Below, in pieces: positions 47,182-59,351 of a stretch of DNA of 64,000 bases. A program made the translations under genes and the position numbers. Location of the stretch: NCBI GenBank assembly GCA_017480745.1, contig JAFUSA010000008.1, positions 10,530-74,529 of the forward strand, read 5' to 3'. The DNA comes from Alphaproteobacteria bacterium. Its GTDB lineage: Bacteria > Pseudomonadota > Alphaproteobacteria > RF32 > CAG-239. Under the pieces are notes generated by a model. The model was given only the letters and a program-made list of their open reading frames with translations, was not told the origin of the DNA and searched no databases. Within the stretch, counting starts at the first letter, position 1, and the number at the start of each line of letters is the position of its first letter.

Positions 47182-47979
47182 TTAATCAGCAGTGGTAATA
47201 TTGCGTTTGCCGTTGAGGGATTCTTTGATAAACTCAAGTTGCTCCATCACCATCGGATTATCTTTGTATTTTTCAAATGCAGCCTCTACACGCTCATTAA
47301 AGTTACCCTCTTTACCTTTGAAAATAAACATAAAGGCGCGAGTGCAAGCCTTAATAGTTTTTTCATCAATACCGCTACGGCTCATACCGATAACATTCAA
47401 ACCACGCAAACGCGCCGGCATACCGTTGGCAATACCAAACGGAATAATATCGCGAGCCACACCGGAAACACCGCCAACCATTGCTTTGCGGCCAATATGA
47501 ACAAATTGATGCACTGCGCAGTTGCCACCTAAAATAACACCATCACCTAAGTGAACATGTCCGCCGATAACAGCATTATTGGTCATAATCACATTGTTAC
47601 CAACCACGCAATCGTGTGCCACGTGTGAGTTAATCATAAACATACCGCCATCACCAACAACAGTAGTAAAATGTTCTTTCGGAGTTCCGGAATGCATGGT
47701 AACATTTTCGCGAATAATGTTATTTTTGCCGATAATAAGCTTGGCTTCCGGTTGAAATTCGTTGCCGTGATCTTGCGGTCCGCACCCCAATTTGGCTCCC
47801 GGAAAAACGATTGTTCCCTCACCTATGGAGGTATTACCGAAAACAGTAACCTGCCCTAACAATTTAACATTTTCACCGATTTTTGCTTGCGAACTTATCC
47901 AGCACAAAGGCCCGATTTCAGCACTGTCAGCAATTTGTGCACCGTCTTCGATAACTGCGGTAGGATGAATTTTAGCCAT
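47182..47979 (-). CDS. lpxA: acyl-ACP--UDP-N-acetylglucosamine O-acyltransferase
   Basis: Start MAKIHPTAVI after AAGAGGAAAAAGTT. Left-handed beta-helix hexapeptide repeats and a C-terminal helical domain. Confidence 0.85.
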   Translation of the reverse strand: MAKIHPTAVIEDGAQIADSAEIGPLCWISSQAKIGENVKLLGQVTVFGNTSIGEGTIVFPGAKLGCGPQDHGNEFQPEAKLIIGKNNIIRENVTMHSGTPKEHFTTVVGDGGMFMINSHVAHDCVVGNNVIMTNNAVIGGHVHLGDGVILGGNCAVHQFVHIGRKAMVGGVSGVARDIIPFGIANGMPARLRGLNVIGMSRSGIDEKTIKACTRAFMFIFKGKEGNFNERVEAAFEKYKDNPMVMEQLEFIKESLNGKRNITTAD

Positions 47980-48062
47980 AACTTTTTCCTCTTTTTGTTG
48001 TTTCATACTAAAACGAGAATATAAAAATATTCCGATTTGTGCAACACACAAAAAATTACAAT

Positions 48063-49274
48063 TTATTTCCTTTGCATAACACAAACAAAAAAACCGTCCG
48101 TATTTGTTGTAAGCGGAGAACATTTTAAATATCTGTTTTCAATCAAAGGATACGGAATTTCCAATTTACGTTCCCATAACTTTTGCATATCTACTGTAAC
48201 AAATTCGGGATTTTCATGTAAAAATTTTTCTATCTGCCGTTCATTTTCCTCCGGCAACACGGAACAAGTCATATATATGATGCGACCATTGTCCGTTAAG
48301 TGTTCAGCGGCAATTTGCAAAATTTCACTTTGAGCCTTTTTGATTGCTTCAAGTTGTTTCGGGGTTAAACGATATTTGGCATCCGGTGAGCGTCGCCATG
48401 TTCCGCTACCTGAACATGGAGCATCAATAATAAAACGATCAAATTTATCAGTTGGCATTATCTTATCTACAATCTTAATATTTTTCACGCCAAGTCTGCC
48501 GGCACGCTCGCTTAATCCATCCATCCGTTTTGGATTTTTATCATGTGCTAAAATCATACCTTTGTTTTTAAGAATTGCCCCTAATAACAAACTTTTTCCG
48601 CCGCCTCCGCAACAATAGTCAATAATTTTATGTTCAGGTCTTACATCGCATAAAATAGCGCCCAACTGCGAGGCTTCATCTTGAACTTCTATTTCTCCGT
48701 TTTGATAAGCTATGCAGTTTTGCAAATTAATTCTTTCTTCCGAGCGCAATGCAAATGGCGAATACGGAGTATAGCTAAAAAACAATCCCTCTTTTTGCAA
48801 TTTTTCTTTGGCATCTTCACGCGATATAAAGTTGGCGCGAATATCTGCCGTAGCAACCGTATTGAGCGAGCTAACCAAAGCAGCATCATTTATTTTTTCA
48901 TACAACCATTTAGGACATTCTTTTTCAATATATTCCGGATATACCTCATTATTAAGATTTTGCAATTTTTGCTTTTCTTCTTTACTTACTTCCGGCAACC
49001 CATATTGCGAACCATCGGCAACAATATCAAAATCATAATCTTTCAAATACGTCAACAACAGCATACGCGGTTCACAACATCCGCAATCAAATTCCAAGCG
49101 GCTACGATGACGAATAATATCCCACACGGTGTTAGTAATAAATTTTCTGTCTTTTGAGCCGATGTATTTGCGATTGCGCATATATTCGCGAATAATATTA
49201 TCGGCGGGATATTGATCTTGCCAAACTTTTTGCATAATTTCCAAAACGGCCTGATATTTAGCACTGATTTGCAT
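48063..49274 (-). CDS. RsmB/Sun-family rRNA cytosine-C5 methyltransferase
   Basis: NusB-like N-terminus; DYCCGGGGKS (SAM) and DAPCSGSG, TCS.. catalytic motifs. Confidence 0.75.
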   Translation of the reverse strand: MQISAKYQAVLEIMQKVWQDQYPADNIIREYMRNRKYIGSKDRKFITNTVWDIIRHRSRLEFDCGCCEPRMLLLTYLKDYDFDIVADGSQYGLPEVSKEEKQKLQNLNNEVYPEYIEKECPKWLYEKINDAALVSSLNTVATADIRANFISREDAKEKLQKEGLFFSYTPYSPFALRSEERINLQNCIAYQNGEIEVQDEASQLGAILCDVRPEHKIIDYCCGGGGKSLLLGAILKNKGMILAHDKNPKRMDGLSERAGRLGVKNIKIVDKIMPTDKFDRFIIDAPCSGSGTWRRSPDAKYRLTPKQLEAIKKAQSEILQIAAEHLTDNGRIIYMTCSVLPEENERQIEKFLHENPEFVTVDMQKLWERKLEIPYPLIENRYLKCSPLTTNTDGFFVCVMQRK

Positions 49275-49362
49275 TTTGATCTCCTTTACATATTGAGTAT
49301 AAACAAAAAGTCCTCCAAAAACAACAAGTTTTTGAAGGACTTTAAGAAAAAATTACATCACA

Positions 49363-50277
49363 TCATGCCTTTTCGGCAATAAAGCGGCACCAATAAGCAA
49401 AATTCTTTTTAGCCGCGTAATGATCGGGAGTTTCAAAACAGTCGCGGCGCAGCTCGTTGGAGGTGAGATAGGTAGTGCAGTTAAACACCGGATCAACAAA
49501 GTCGGTTTCAATACCATAAGCACCCAGAATAGCCAAGGTGTCATTGATATCGTCGGCTTCCTTTTTGATAAACTCAAAGAAAGCGCACGGCGGCAATTTT
49601 ACCTTGATTTTTTTGGTGCAAGATGCCATTGCTATGCTATCGGCTTCATACCATGTCAGTTGCTTCGCCTCATTGGTCAAACGCATAAAATATTTGTTGA
49701 CCTGAATACCCCACAGAGTATCACGACGTTCGGGATAAAATCCCAAAGTCGGCTCCAACTCACCGTCTACGATATATACCAACGGATAATGCAAATTCAC
49801 AAAATCATTCTTTTTGATTTTGTGGCCCACCAAACGCAGATAACCGTTAGGCATATCCTTGTTTGCAAGACTCGGTTTGCCATCCGCCATATTGATCACA
49901 ACCGCTTTGTCGCCATCATCTTCGCTGCTCCAATACCATCCGCCCCGCCAATCTTCTGCCGGAATTTTCAAAGATTTGAGCAATTCCACCGTTTCGCTGA
50001 AAGCTTTTTTGTGATAGAAAGCAACATCTAACTCGGTGGTTGTCGGCATTTTGGAATTGCTGCGGGCATCACCTTTAAGAATCGCTCTGGTCCAGCAATC
50101 ATCAAGATCGTGCGTTTTTTTGAAGAAGATTCCATCCATGGCAATTCCCCAGATACTGTTCTTCTTTGAAAGGTCAACATACGGACGAAATGACAGCGCA
50201 CCGGTCAGAATATCACGATAAACAATCATGCACGGATTATTTACCGGCCAGATTCTTTTTGAATGTTTTGTAACCAT
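49363..50277 (-). CDS. hypothetical protein
   Basis: 304-aa ORF; no motif recognised. Confidence 0.35.
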   Translation of the reverse strand: MVTKHSKRIWPVNNPCMIVYRDILTGALSFRPYVDLSKKNSIWGIAMDGIFFKKTHDLDDCWTRAILKGDARSNSKMPTTTELDVAFYHKKAFSETVELLKSLKIPAEDWRGGWYWSSEDDGDKAVVINMADGKPSLANKDMPNGYLRLVGHKIKKNDFVNLHYPLVYIVDGELEPTLGFYPERRDTLWGIQVNKYFMRLTNEAKQLTWYEADSIAMASCTKKIKVKLPPCAFFEFIKKEADDINDTLAILGAYGIETDFVDPVFNCTTYLTSNELRRDCFETPDHYAAKKNFAYWCRFIAEKA

Positions 50278-50460
50278 AAAATGTAAGTTTTAAGTTTGAC
50301 AATAAATACATAAATATTATAAATTGTCACTAACACTATATTATTTTCGCAAATTTGTCAATAATTTATTTGTGTATTTATAAAATTTTTGCCGACGCCT
50401 TTAAAAGCAATTATTCGGCATTATTTTTTTGTTAAACAACAATCAACAGAAAGGAATAAT

Positions 50461-51246
50461 ATGCGTCGTATATGTTTATTTGCCGGTTATGATAAGGAAC
50501 ATAAAATCCATGATTATGTTGTTTATATGATAAAAAAACTTTCCAAAATCAGTGATGTTTATTATATGGCTGATTGTGCGCTTCCACCTGATGAATTGTT
50601 CAAAATAGCGCCATATACGCAAATGTTTTATACTCGCGAGCATACCCTCAAAGATTTTGGCTCTTGGCATTATTTAATAAACCGTTTGGGCTGGGATAAA
50701 ATAAGGCAATATGACGAGCTTATTTTGTGTAATGACAGCGTATATGGTCCGTTGTTTGATTTGCCGGCAATATTCAAGCAAATGGAAACTCGCGGCTTTG
50801 ACTTTTGGTCCATGACGGCAGACTATACTCATAATTATCATCTGCATCGTTATTTTATGGTATTTAATCAATCAATTATCAATCATCGGACTTTTCAAGA
50901 TTTTTGGAAATATGTTCCGATGTCATATAGCGTAAAAAACTGCGAATTGGAATTGACACCGCTATTAATAAATCAGGGATTTGTATGTAACAGCTATATT
51001 CGCAATTATAAACAAAAAAATATTTTACAATCACCGCAAAAGATATTACGCGAGGTTTACCCTCCATTTATCAAAACAAAAAGTTTTACTGCGGAAAATG
51101 CTTACACTGCCGGTTCCGGTTTGGAATTACGTTATAAAATACGCACAAAAACCGATTATGATACTGCATTGATAAATCGCCATTTGCTTCAAAGCCATTC
51201 ACCGCAAACATTAAGCCAGCGTTTAGTATGTTTCAGTGGAATTTAA
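50461..51246 (+). CDS. putative polysaccharide biosynthesis protein (rhamnan-synthesis RgpF-like family)
   Basis: Start MRRICLFAGYDKEHKIHDYVVYMIKKL after AAAGGAATAAT. N-terminal pattern recalled as typical of RgpF-like proteins. Confidence 0.45.
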   Translation: MRRICLFAGYDKEHKIHDYVVYMIKKLSKISDVYYMADCALPPDELFKIAPYTQMFYTREHTLKDFGSWHYLINRLGWDKIRQYDELILCNDSVYGPLFDLPAIFKQMETRGFDFWSMTADYTHNYHLHRYFMVFNQSIINHRTFQDFWKYVPMSYSVKNCELELTPLLINQGFVCNSYIRNYKQKNILQSPQKILREVYPPFIKTKSFTAENAYTAGSGLELRYKIRTKTDYDTALINRHLLQSHSPQTLSQRLVCFSGI

Positions 51247-51255
51247 GCAATATTC

Positions 51256-51687
51256 CTAGAAATCGTGCCAATCCTTGCCGTTTATCAGCAACTGTTTGGC
51301 AATTGCTTTGTGCCCTTTGCTATAAGAATATATCACCTCAAACACCATATCTTCGTTATTGCGATTTCTAAATAGTGTGTCTAAACTACGGGCATATTGT
51401 TCCGGAACATAAAAACGACATTGCCTGTTGATTCCCCAAAAGGTTCTTTCTTTGCAAAACTCATCAGCTCGACAAACTCCGTCAGGAAATTGAGCGCAGT
51501 CCGTTTTATCCCAATCTATGGTGTAGCTTATATAGTGTCCGGAAAGCAAATCACGCGGGTCATAGCCTGTAACAGCCACTTTTATATCCACTCCTTTGCT
51601 ACGTTGCATATACAATGATCCGGTCCACGCCATCAAGCATAAAAGCGGTGCAACAAACAAAAAAAGCAAATAAATTTTATTATTCAT
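51256..51687 (-). CDS. GDYXXLXY-domain protein
   Basis: Signal/anchor. VTGYDPRDLLSGHYISYTI matches the GDYxxLxY signature region. Confidence 0.55.
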   Translation of the reverse strand: MNNKIYLLFLFVAPLLCLMAWTGSLYMQRSKGVDIKVAVTGYDPRDLLSGHYISYTIDWDKTDCAQFPDGVCRADEFCKERTFWGINRQCRFYVPEQYARSLDTLFRNRNNEDMVFEVIYSYSKGHKAIAKQLLINGKDWHDF

Positions 51688-52654
51688 TAAAAATCTCCAT
51701 TTTTTTAATGTAGGCAGAAGTTTTTCTCAAAACATAAATCATAAACAAAATCAAAACTCCGCCCAATATGAAACCGATGCCGGTAGCAAACAAATCTCCG
51801 AAAGCAGAAGCAAACAGCGCAAAAATATATAACTCTACCAACAAAGCGTTGCGCTTGAAAGAAATTAAGTTTTGTCCTTTAACCGCCAATAACATCCTGC
51901 ATCCGAAATAAGTAAACACAAAAATGTTAGCGGCAAGGGTTATATACGGCGGAACGCCTCTGCTGAACATTCCCCACTCAAATCCACCTCCGATAACCGA
52001 GATATAAGCAAAGAACATACTTAACTTTCCGGCCGCCAACGCAATAACCGTATAACGATTAATAAATTTATCCGCTTTATATGCTCCGTATGCCAAGGTG
52101 TTGAAAAAAAGTGCCGCTGCAAAAAGGCCTAAAAACTGATGAGATATCCATTCAAACACCATATCCAGCAATTCAAAATGAGCTGAAGAACATAAAATCC
52201 ACAGCCAAACAATATTAAACCAAACCGCGCGACTGAAAAACACATAAGGAATCCCCAACAGGCACCATGCAAAAGCAAATGAGCTCCATCCGCCATCTAA
52301 ATTAAATATTTGCCCGATTAAGCCAATGGAAGCGCCTATCATTAAAAAACACAAAAGCAAAAATAATTCTTTCAAACGGTCCTTGCTGTGTTCAAAACTC
52401 CAATAAACACCATATATTAAAGCGGCAAAAATGGCAAAATCGACTGCCAATTTAAGCCATTCCGGCAACAAATCCCAATTAGAAGCCACAATCAAGCAAA
52501 TTCCCAAGCCGATGAATAACGCGGCAATGGAAAAAGCTGCCTTCCAAAAGAAGCTTTTATTGTTTTTCATTTCAAAGGCAAGGATTTCTTTGCTCTGAGC
52601 CGGAGTTATGAGTTGATTTTCCACCCAAACCTGTAATTTTGCAGATAAAGACAA
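51680..52654 (-). CDS. DUF2157/DUF4401-like polytopic membrane protein (usual partner of GDYXXLXY proteins)
   Basis: 324 aa, ~9 TM helices; overlaps the downstream GDYXXLXY gene. Confidence 0.45.
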   Translation of the reverse strand: MSLSAKLQVWVENQLITPAQSKEILAFEMKNNKSFFWKAAFSIAALFIGLGICLIVASNWDLLPEWLKLAVDFAIFAALIYGVYWSFEHSKDRLKELFLLLCFLMIGASIGLIGQIFNLDGGWSSFAFAWCLLGIPYVFFSRAVWFNIVWLWILCSSAHFELLDMVFEWISHQFLGLFAAALFFNTLAYGAYKADKFINRYTVIALAAGKLSMFFAYISVIGGGFEWGMFSRGVPPYITLAANIFVFTYFGCRMLLAVKGQNLISFKRNALLVELYIFALFASAFGDLFATGIGFILGGVLILFMIYVLRKTSAYIKKMEIFNE

Positions 52655-52744
52655 GAGTTTTCTCCTTAATTTGCGTCATAATTATATCCCTTTTACCAGA
52701 TTTTTTAGGCGCTGACAATAACTATTTAAAACAAGGGGATAACA

Positions 52745-53262
52745 TGAAAAATATTTTAGCGATTTTATTGATATTAGTGGGGTGTAGTATGAAGAATAAC
52801 AGTGCAGTAACAGATGTTTATTTAACCACAGAAAGCGGAGTTGGCAGAAAAATCGGTGAGGTTAAATTCGCCGACACGGCTAAGGGTTTGCGGGTAAGAG
52901 TTGATTTGCAAAATTTGCCGGCAGGTGAACACGGATTCCATATTCATGAAAATCCGGATTGTAGCGCCAAAGCTGATGATAAAGGCAATATGCAGCCGGC
53001 GCTCTCTGCCGGCGGACATTTTGATCCGGCTCACACCGGTAAACATTTAGGGCCGCATGGCCATGGGCATAAAGGCGATATGCCGGCACTTAATGTGAAA
53101 GATGACGGAACGGTTAAAACCGATTTTTACTTGCGTGATTTGACAGTTGAAGAAATTAAAAATCGTTCAATTATTATTCACGCCGGCGGAGATAATTATA
53201 AGGACGAGCCTTTACCGCTTGGCGGAGGAGGTGCCCGCATAGCTTGCGGCATTATACGTTAA
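52745..53262 (+). CDS. sodC: Cu/Zn superoxide dismutase (lipoprotein-type signal LVGC|S)
   Basis: GFHIHENPDC, HFDP, GHGHKGDMP, IIIHAGGDNY, GGGGARIACGII. Confidence 0.85.
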
Positions 53263-53302
53263 ATATATGAAATTGAAAAAATTTTAAACTCTCAAAAAAT
53301 AT

Positions 53303-53546
53303 TTGACTTTTGATTTTTTTGTGTTATAGTAAACACAAGATGAGGTAACTTATCTGAGGTATCCTAACCTCTTAGCATTCGTCTTTATAGACGTAAATTA
53401 TTCCGACAGTGGTCGGAAGGTCGCGGAATAGAATGGATATTTAATATGCGACACTATTTAATGCTAATAGTTAGGAACTTCCGGCCGCCTCATTAGAGGT
53501 GGTTATTTTAATGTAATTCAACAACAAAAATGAAAGGAAGTTTACT
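53303..53546 (+). promoter_or_regulatory. class-B pilin-cassette promoter (TTGACT-16-TGtTATAGT) + leader
   Basis: Matches 18023..18261 in the ACAAGATGAGGTAA.. block, ..CCTCTTAG.., GGTCGGAAGG, and the final CCGGCCGCC..GGTGG hairpin + TTATTTTA. Confidence 0.7.
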
Positions 53547-54182
53547 ATGAATAACTTTGAAATAAAAAATCAAAACGGACGCTCTATGATAGAAATGTTA
53601 GGCGTGTTGGCAATCATTGGCGTATTATCTGTTGGCGGAATCGCCGGATATTCTAAGGCGATGACTAAATATCGCATCAATAAAACGATTGAGCAAATAA
53701 CGTTAATTGCCGGCAATGTGAGAGCATTCTTTGCTCCGCAAGGAAATTATGACGGATTAAATCCACTTGTTGACACAGGAAAAGCAATTATCAAAAAAGC
53801 TAAACTTGTGCCCGATGAAATGTGGGACGGTAATAATATTAAAAATGTTTGGGGAAATTCTGTTTCCCTCGATTCGGCGTCTAAATCTTCTTTCGGGGAT
53901 AAGAAGGCATTTAAGATACAGTATTTAATGCCAACGGAATATGATATATGTATTGAAATTCTTAGTTACGATTGGACAAATGCCGGAGTAAAGTTTATAA
54001 TTCTTTCAGGTCCGTCATCCGTCAAAAATGCTAAAGCGCCGTTTAGCTTGGAACAGGCTATTGATTTTTGCACTAAATGGCTGAGTAGTCCTGCAAATAA
54101 GACTATGGAAGCAATACCCTCACAATTTTATTTTGATGTTAATGATAACTGCATCCACGGCGAGGGAACTGGTTGTAATTAA
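53547..54182 (+). CDS. type IV pilin-like protein, paralog 7
   Basis: MNNFEIKNQNGRS|MIEML..; KKAKLVPDEMW; YDICIEILSYDW; C-terminal DFCTKW. Followed by terminator AAGGCGGAG..CTCCGCCTTTTCT. Confidence 0.7.
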   Translation: MNNFEIKNQNGRSMIEMLGVLAIIGVLSVGGIAGYSKAMTKYRINKTIEQITLIAGNVRAFFAPQGNYDGLNPLVDTGKAIIKKAKLVPDEMWDGNNIKNVWGNSVSLDSASKSSFGDKKAFKIQYLMPTEYDICIEILSYDWTNAGVKFIILSGPSSVKNAKAPFSLEQAIDFCTKWLSSPANKTMEAIPSQFYFDVNDNCIHGEGTGCN

Positions 54183-54228
54183 AAAATATAATTAGACTTC
54201 AAAAAGGCGGAGAATTACTCCGCCTTTT

Positions 54229-54501
54229 CTACTCCGCCACTGTTTCTCCGTTCATAATTTTTCGGCTGAGTTCTTTTTTGTAGGCCTTTTTTTGCTTTTT
54301 CATCATTTTTTTGGCGTGTTTAATACATTTTTTAGTGCTTATATTTTCGTCTTGTAAACACTCTTGCAATGATTTACGAACTTCGTTATCCATTTTTTGG
54401 CATTCGGCGTTCATTTTGTGCATTTCGTTATGCTCCGCCATTGCCGGCAAAACAGTTGCAAAAGTTATTGCCGCGCACAAACAGGCAAGTGTTTTCCTCA
54501 T
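54229..54501 (-). CDS. small secreted Lys-rich hypothetical protein
   Basis: Signal peptide ..VLPAMA|EH; 90 aa. Confidence 0.35.
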   Translation of the reverse strand: MRKTLACLCAAITFATVLPAMAEHNEMHKMNAECQKMDNEVRKSLQECLQDENISTKKCIKHAKKMMKKQKKAYKKELSRKIMNGETVAE

Positions 54502-54592
54502 CTTGTTATCTCCTTATTGAATTTTTAACCAAAATTGATATAATATGCCATAAAGAATCGTCAATATGCCGTAAAGCATATAGTTTGGGAGT

Positions 54593-55000
54593 TTGAATAT
54601 GACGGAAAAATCTAAACGTGATGTGGCCGCCGGCTTGATTATGTGTAACGGGTTGTTGCTCATCGCTCAACGTAAACATGGTAAAAGTTTGGAATATAAA
54701 TGGGAATTTCCCGGAGGTAAATTGGAAGAAGGAGAAACTCTCGAAGAATGTCTAACTCGTGAAATGATGGAAGAAATGCAACTAAAAATAACCGTTGGCA
54801 AACATTTTATGGACAGCTCCTATGATTATGACTTTGGCACCATTATTCTGCATGCTTATTGGGCAACCTGCGAAAACCAAAATGTGCCTGTTGTTTTGGA
54901 ACATGAACAATATAAATGGGTTAAACCAGAAGATTTATCAAACTATGACTTTGCTCCGGCCGATAAACCGATTATCGCCGCACTTACAAAATCATTATAA
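54593..55000 (+). CDS. NUDIX hydrolase (MutT-like)
   Basis: Nudix box GGKLEEGETLEECLTREMMEEMQL. Confidence 0.7.
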   Translation: MNMTEKSKRDVAAGLIMCNGLLLIAQRKHGKSLEYKWEFPGGKLEEGETLEECLTREMMEEMQLKITVGKHFMDSSYDYDFGTIILHAYWATCENQNVPVVLEHEQYKWVKPEDLSNYDFAPADKPIIAALTKSL

Positions 55001-55048
55001 AAAATAATCTTGCAATGCAAAAAATAAGGTATAAATTGAAGTCGGTAA

Positions 55049-56881
<1,833 letters not shown>

Positions 56882-56889
<8 letters not shown>

Positions 56890-57217
56890 TTTTGATGATT
56901 TACACAGCCGTGATGTGCAAAAAAAACTGCTACATAAAACGGAATTATTGAAAAATCGTCCGGAAAACCGTTTTAATACAGACTTCGGAATGATAGCTTC
57001 TTTGGGTGGAGTTATTATTGTTCCCATTCTTATCGGAGTGTTTTCAGGCAGTTATTTAGAAGAAAAATTTCCTCAACATTTTTCTTGGCGTCTGTCTTTA
57101 ATATTTTTGGGTTTTGTTTGGGGAATAATAAACGCTTATTTGTGGATTAAGAATGAAAACAGAAAAATAATACAAAACAATTCGGAAGATACACAAAAGA
57201 GGGATAAACATGAATAA
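56882..57217 (+). CDS. N-ATPase accessory membrane protein AtpQ (Atp1/gene 1 family)
   Basis: 111 aa with 2 TM helices; sits at the position of 'gene 1' in N-ATPase operons. Confidence 0.55.
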
Positions 57218-57551
57218 CGATCTGCTTAATACTTTGTGGCAACAGACGGAAATATGGCGTTTATTTGCTACATTTTTTGCCGGAATAATCGTAGGATATG
57301 TGTATTTTGCCAGTTTGCATTGGAGCATAGAACATTTGGGCGAATTTAAGCATAAATATCGTATGTTTGCTACGGTTGCCTTGTTGCGGATGTCAATGTT
57401 TTTTGCCGTATTGGTTTTAGCGTGTCAACGCAATGTCATTTTGATTTTGCTATATATTTTGACTTTCTTTTTCACACGCATTTTTATGATTTGGCACTTT
57501 AAAAATTCAGACGATAAAAAAGAGGAAAAACGCGATGGAATGGAAAGTTGA
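57210..57551 (+). CDS. N-ATPase accessory membrane protein AtpR
   Basis: 113 aa with 3 TM helices and an intramembrane Arg (VALLRMSMFFAVL), as in AtpR. Confidence 0.6.
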   Translation: MNNDLLNTLWQQTEIWRLFATFFAGIIVGYVYFASLHWSIEHLGEFKHKYRMFATVALLRMSMFFAVLVLACQRNVILILLYILTFFFTRIFMIWHFKNSDDKKEEKRDGMES

Positions 57552-58287
57552 TTTTTCTAATCTCCTTGATTTTCCTCTGATTGATGAAGAAATCAGAATG
57601 ACCAACTTTGATGATATTGATATCATCAGTATTGGGGGTATAGGAATAAACGTTACCATCTTCAACAGTTGGATAGTTATTGCTCTAATCACCCTTTCTG
57701 CGTGGCTAATTACCCGCAATTTAAAATACGATAGAGAAGTTTCAAAAATTCAAATATTTTTAGAAAGTCTGGTTATGTGGCTGAAAAATGAAGCAAAAGA
57801 AACCAGTGGCTCAAATAATTTGCAATATTTAGGTATGGCAATGGGGCTGTTTTGCTTTATTGTTGTTGCCAATCTGCTGACTTTTATTCCATGGTTTAGG
57901 CCACCTACGGCTTCACTCAGCACAACAATGGCTTTGGCATTTATCGTTTTTTTGGCAATTCCTTATTTTGCCATTAAAAATGCCGGAATAAAAGCTTATT
58001 TTCGCAAATTCATAGAACCTATACCGCTTATGTTGCCAATGAACATATTCAGCGAATTTTTTTCAGTGTTGGCTATGGGTTTACGTTTGTTTGGCAATAT
58101 GCTAAGCGGAGTTATGTTTGCCGGTATTTTAAGTGCATTTATTCCTTTTTTTGCACCTCTTACCATGCAAACTTTGGGGTTACTTACAGGATCAATTCAA
58201 GCTTATATTTTTGCTTTGCTGGCGATAGTTTATTCGTCCGGCGTAAAAGAAAATAAAATCACTGAAATTAATTTAGAGGAGAAATAG
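57535..58287 (+). CDS. atpB: N-ATPase a subunit
   Basis: Stator Arg in GLRLFGNM, 5-6 TM helices. Confidence 0.8.
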   Translation: MEWKVDFSNLLDFPLIDEEIRMTNFDDIDIISIGGIGINVTIFNSWIVIALITLSAWLITRNLKYDREVSKIQIFLESLVMWLKNEAKETSGSNNLQYLGMAMGLFCFIVVANLLTFIPWFRPPTASLSTTMALAFIVFLAIPYFAIKNAGIKAYFRKFIEPIPLMLPMNIFSEFFSVLAMGLRLFGNMLSGVMFAGILSAFIPFFAPLTMQTLGLLTGSIQAYIFALLAIVYSSGVKENKITEINLEEK

Positions 58288-58288
58288 T

Positions 58289-58558
58289 ATGGATTCTTAT
58301 GCAATTATCGGGGCAGTTTCTATTTTTGGAGCATGTATCTGTATGGGAATAGGTAGTTTAGGGTCAGCTTTAGGAGAAGGCAATGCTGCCGCTGCCGCAA
58401 TTTCGGCAATGGCGCAACAGCCGGATGAAGCAAGTCGTTTGCGTTCTACAATGTTTGTATCTTTGGCAATGATTGAAACTTCATCTTTATATGCCTTGTT
58501 AATAGCTTTTTTGACTTTGTATGCCAATCCGTTTTGGAATTATGCCATCAATCAATAA
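58289..58558 (+). CDS. atpE: N-ATPase c subunit (hairpin; helix-2 ETSSLY motif plus helix-1 Glu)
   Basis: 89 aa, GxGxGxG helix 1 containing ALGEG, and helix 2 AMIETSSLYALL. Confidence 0.85.
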   Translation: MDSYAIIGAVSIFGACICMGIGSLGSALGEGNAAAAAISAMAQQPDEASRLRSTMFVSLAMIETSSLYALLIAFLTLYANPFWNYAINQ

Positions 58559-58574
58559 ATATTGAGGAGCGACT

Positions 58575-59351
58575 ATGGGTATCGACTTATTTACCTTTAC
58601 GGCGCAGGTTATTAACTTAATAATTTTGCTATTTTTACTGCGTAAGTTTTTATATATTCCGGTATTGAAAGCCGTTGATGAACGGCAAAAGCTTATCTCG
58701 GCCGAATTAAACAGCGCAAAAAACGCTCGTCGCAGAGCCGAGCTTTCCGCGCATGAATATGAAAACAAAATGCAAGAGTTAGAAACACAAAAACAAACAA
58801 TTTTGCTACAAGCAAAAGAACAGGCCGAAAAGCTTTCTAAACAGTTGCAATCAGACGCCAAAAAACAATACCAAAAGTCGCAAAAACAATGGAAAGAGCG
58901 TTTGCTCTCCGAGCAAGATAATTTTGAAACCGCTTTGCAAAAAACAGTGGCAGAACATTTTAACCGCTTTGCGCAAAAAGCATTACAGGAAATGGCCGGA
59001 ACAGACGTTAACAACTTAATGCTACGGCAATTAAAGGAAAAAATAAAACGCACAACATTGCGAGAAAGAGCCGATTTTGCTAATGCGTTCAGCGGCAAAA
59101 AAATTGTTATTGAAAGTGCAAAAACGTTGTCAACCGAAAGCAAAAAAGACTTAGAAACATTTTTGCATCAACAATGGAATTTGCCGGAAAATCTTAAATT
59201 TTCCTATGTAACAAATCCAGAGCTTATCAGCGGCTTGGCTTTGCAAGCACAAGAGCAACGCATTGAATGGAGTTTAAGCGGTTATTTGCAAGACTTTCGC
59301 AAAAATATGAATGACGAAATTCTGCAACTGTTAACGAAAGGCGAAAGATAA
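58575..59351 (+). CDS. atpF: N-ATPase b subunit with delta(OSCP)-like C-terminal extension
   Basis: N-terminal TM helix, long coiled coil, and a C-terminal ISGLALQAQEQRIEWSLSGYL delta-like segment. No separate delta gene. Confidence 0.7.
   Translation: MGIDLFTFTAQVINLIILLFLLRKFLYIPVLKAVDERQKLISAELNSAKNARRRAELSAHEYENKMQELETQKQTILLQAKEQAEKLSKQLQSDAKKQYQKSQKQWKERLLSEQDNFETALQKTVAEHFNRFAQKALQEMAGTDVNNLMLRQLKEKIKRTTLRERADFANAFSGKKIVIESAKTLSTESKKDLETFLHQQWNLPENLKFSYVTNPELISGLALQAQEQRIEWSLSGYLQDFRKNMNDEILQLLTKGER

Noticed and set aside
48681-49157. Plus-strand ORFs antisense to rsmB (48681..49157, 48808..49038) and 49420..50031 antisense to the hypothetical 49363..50277
   Set aside because: These are shadow ORFs in AT-rich sequence opposite better-supported genes.
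58499-59143. 214-aa minus-strand ORF across atpE/atpF
   Set aside because: It is antisense to the tightly coupled ATPase operon, Cys/Ser-rich low complexity, and has no start context.
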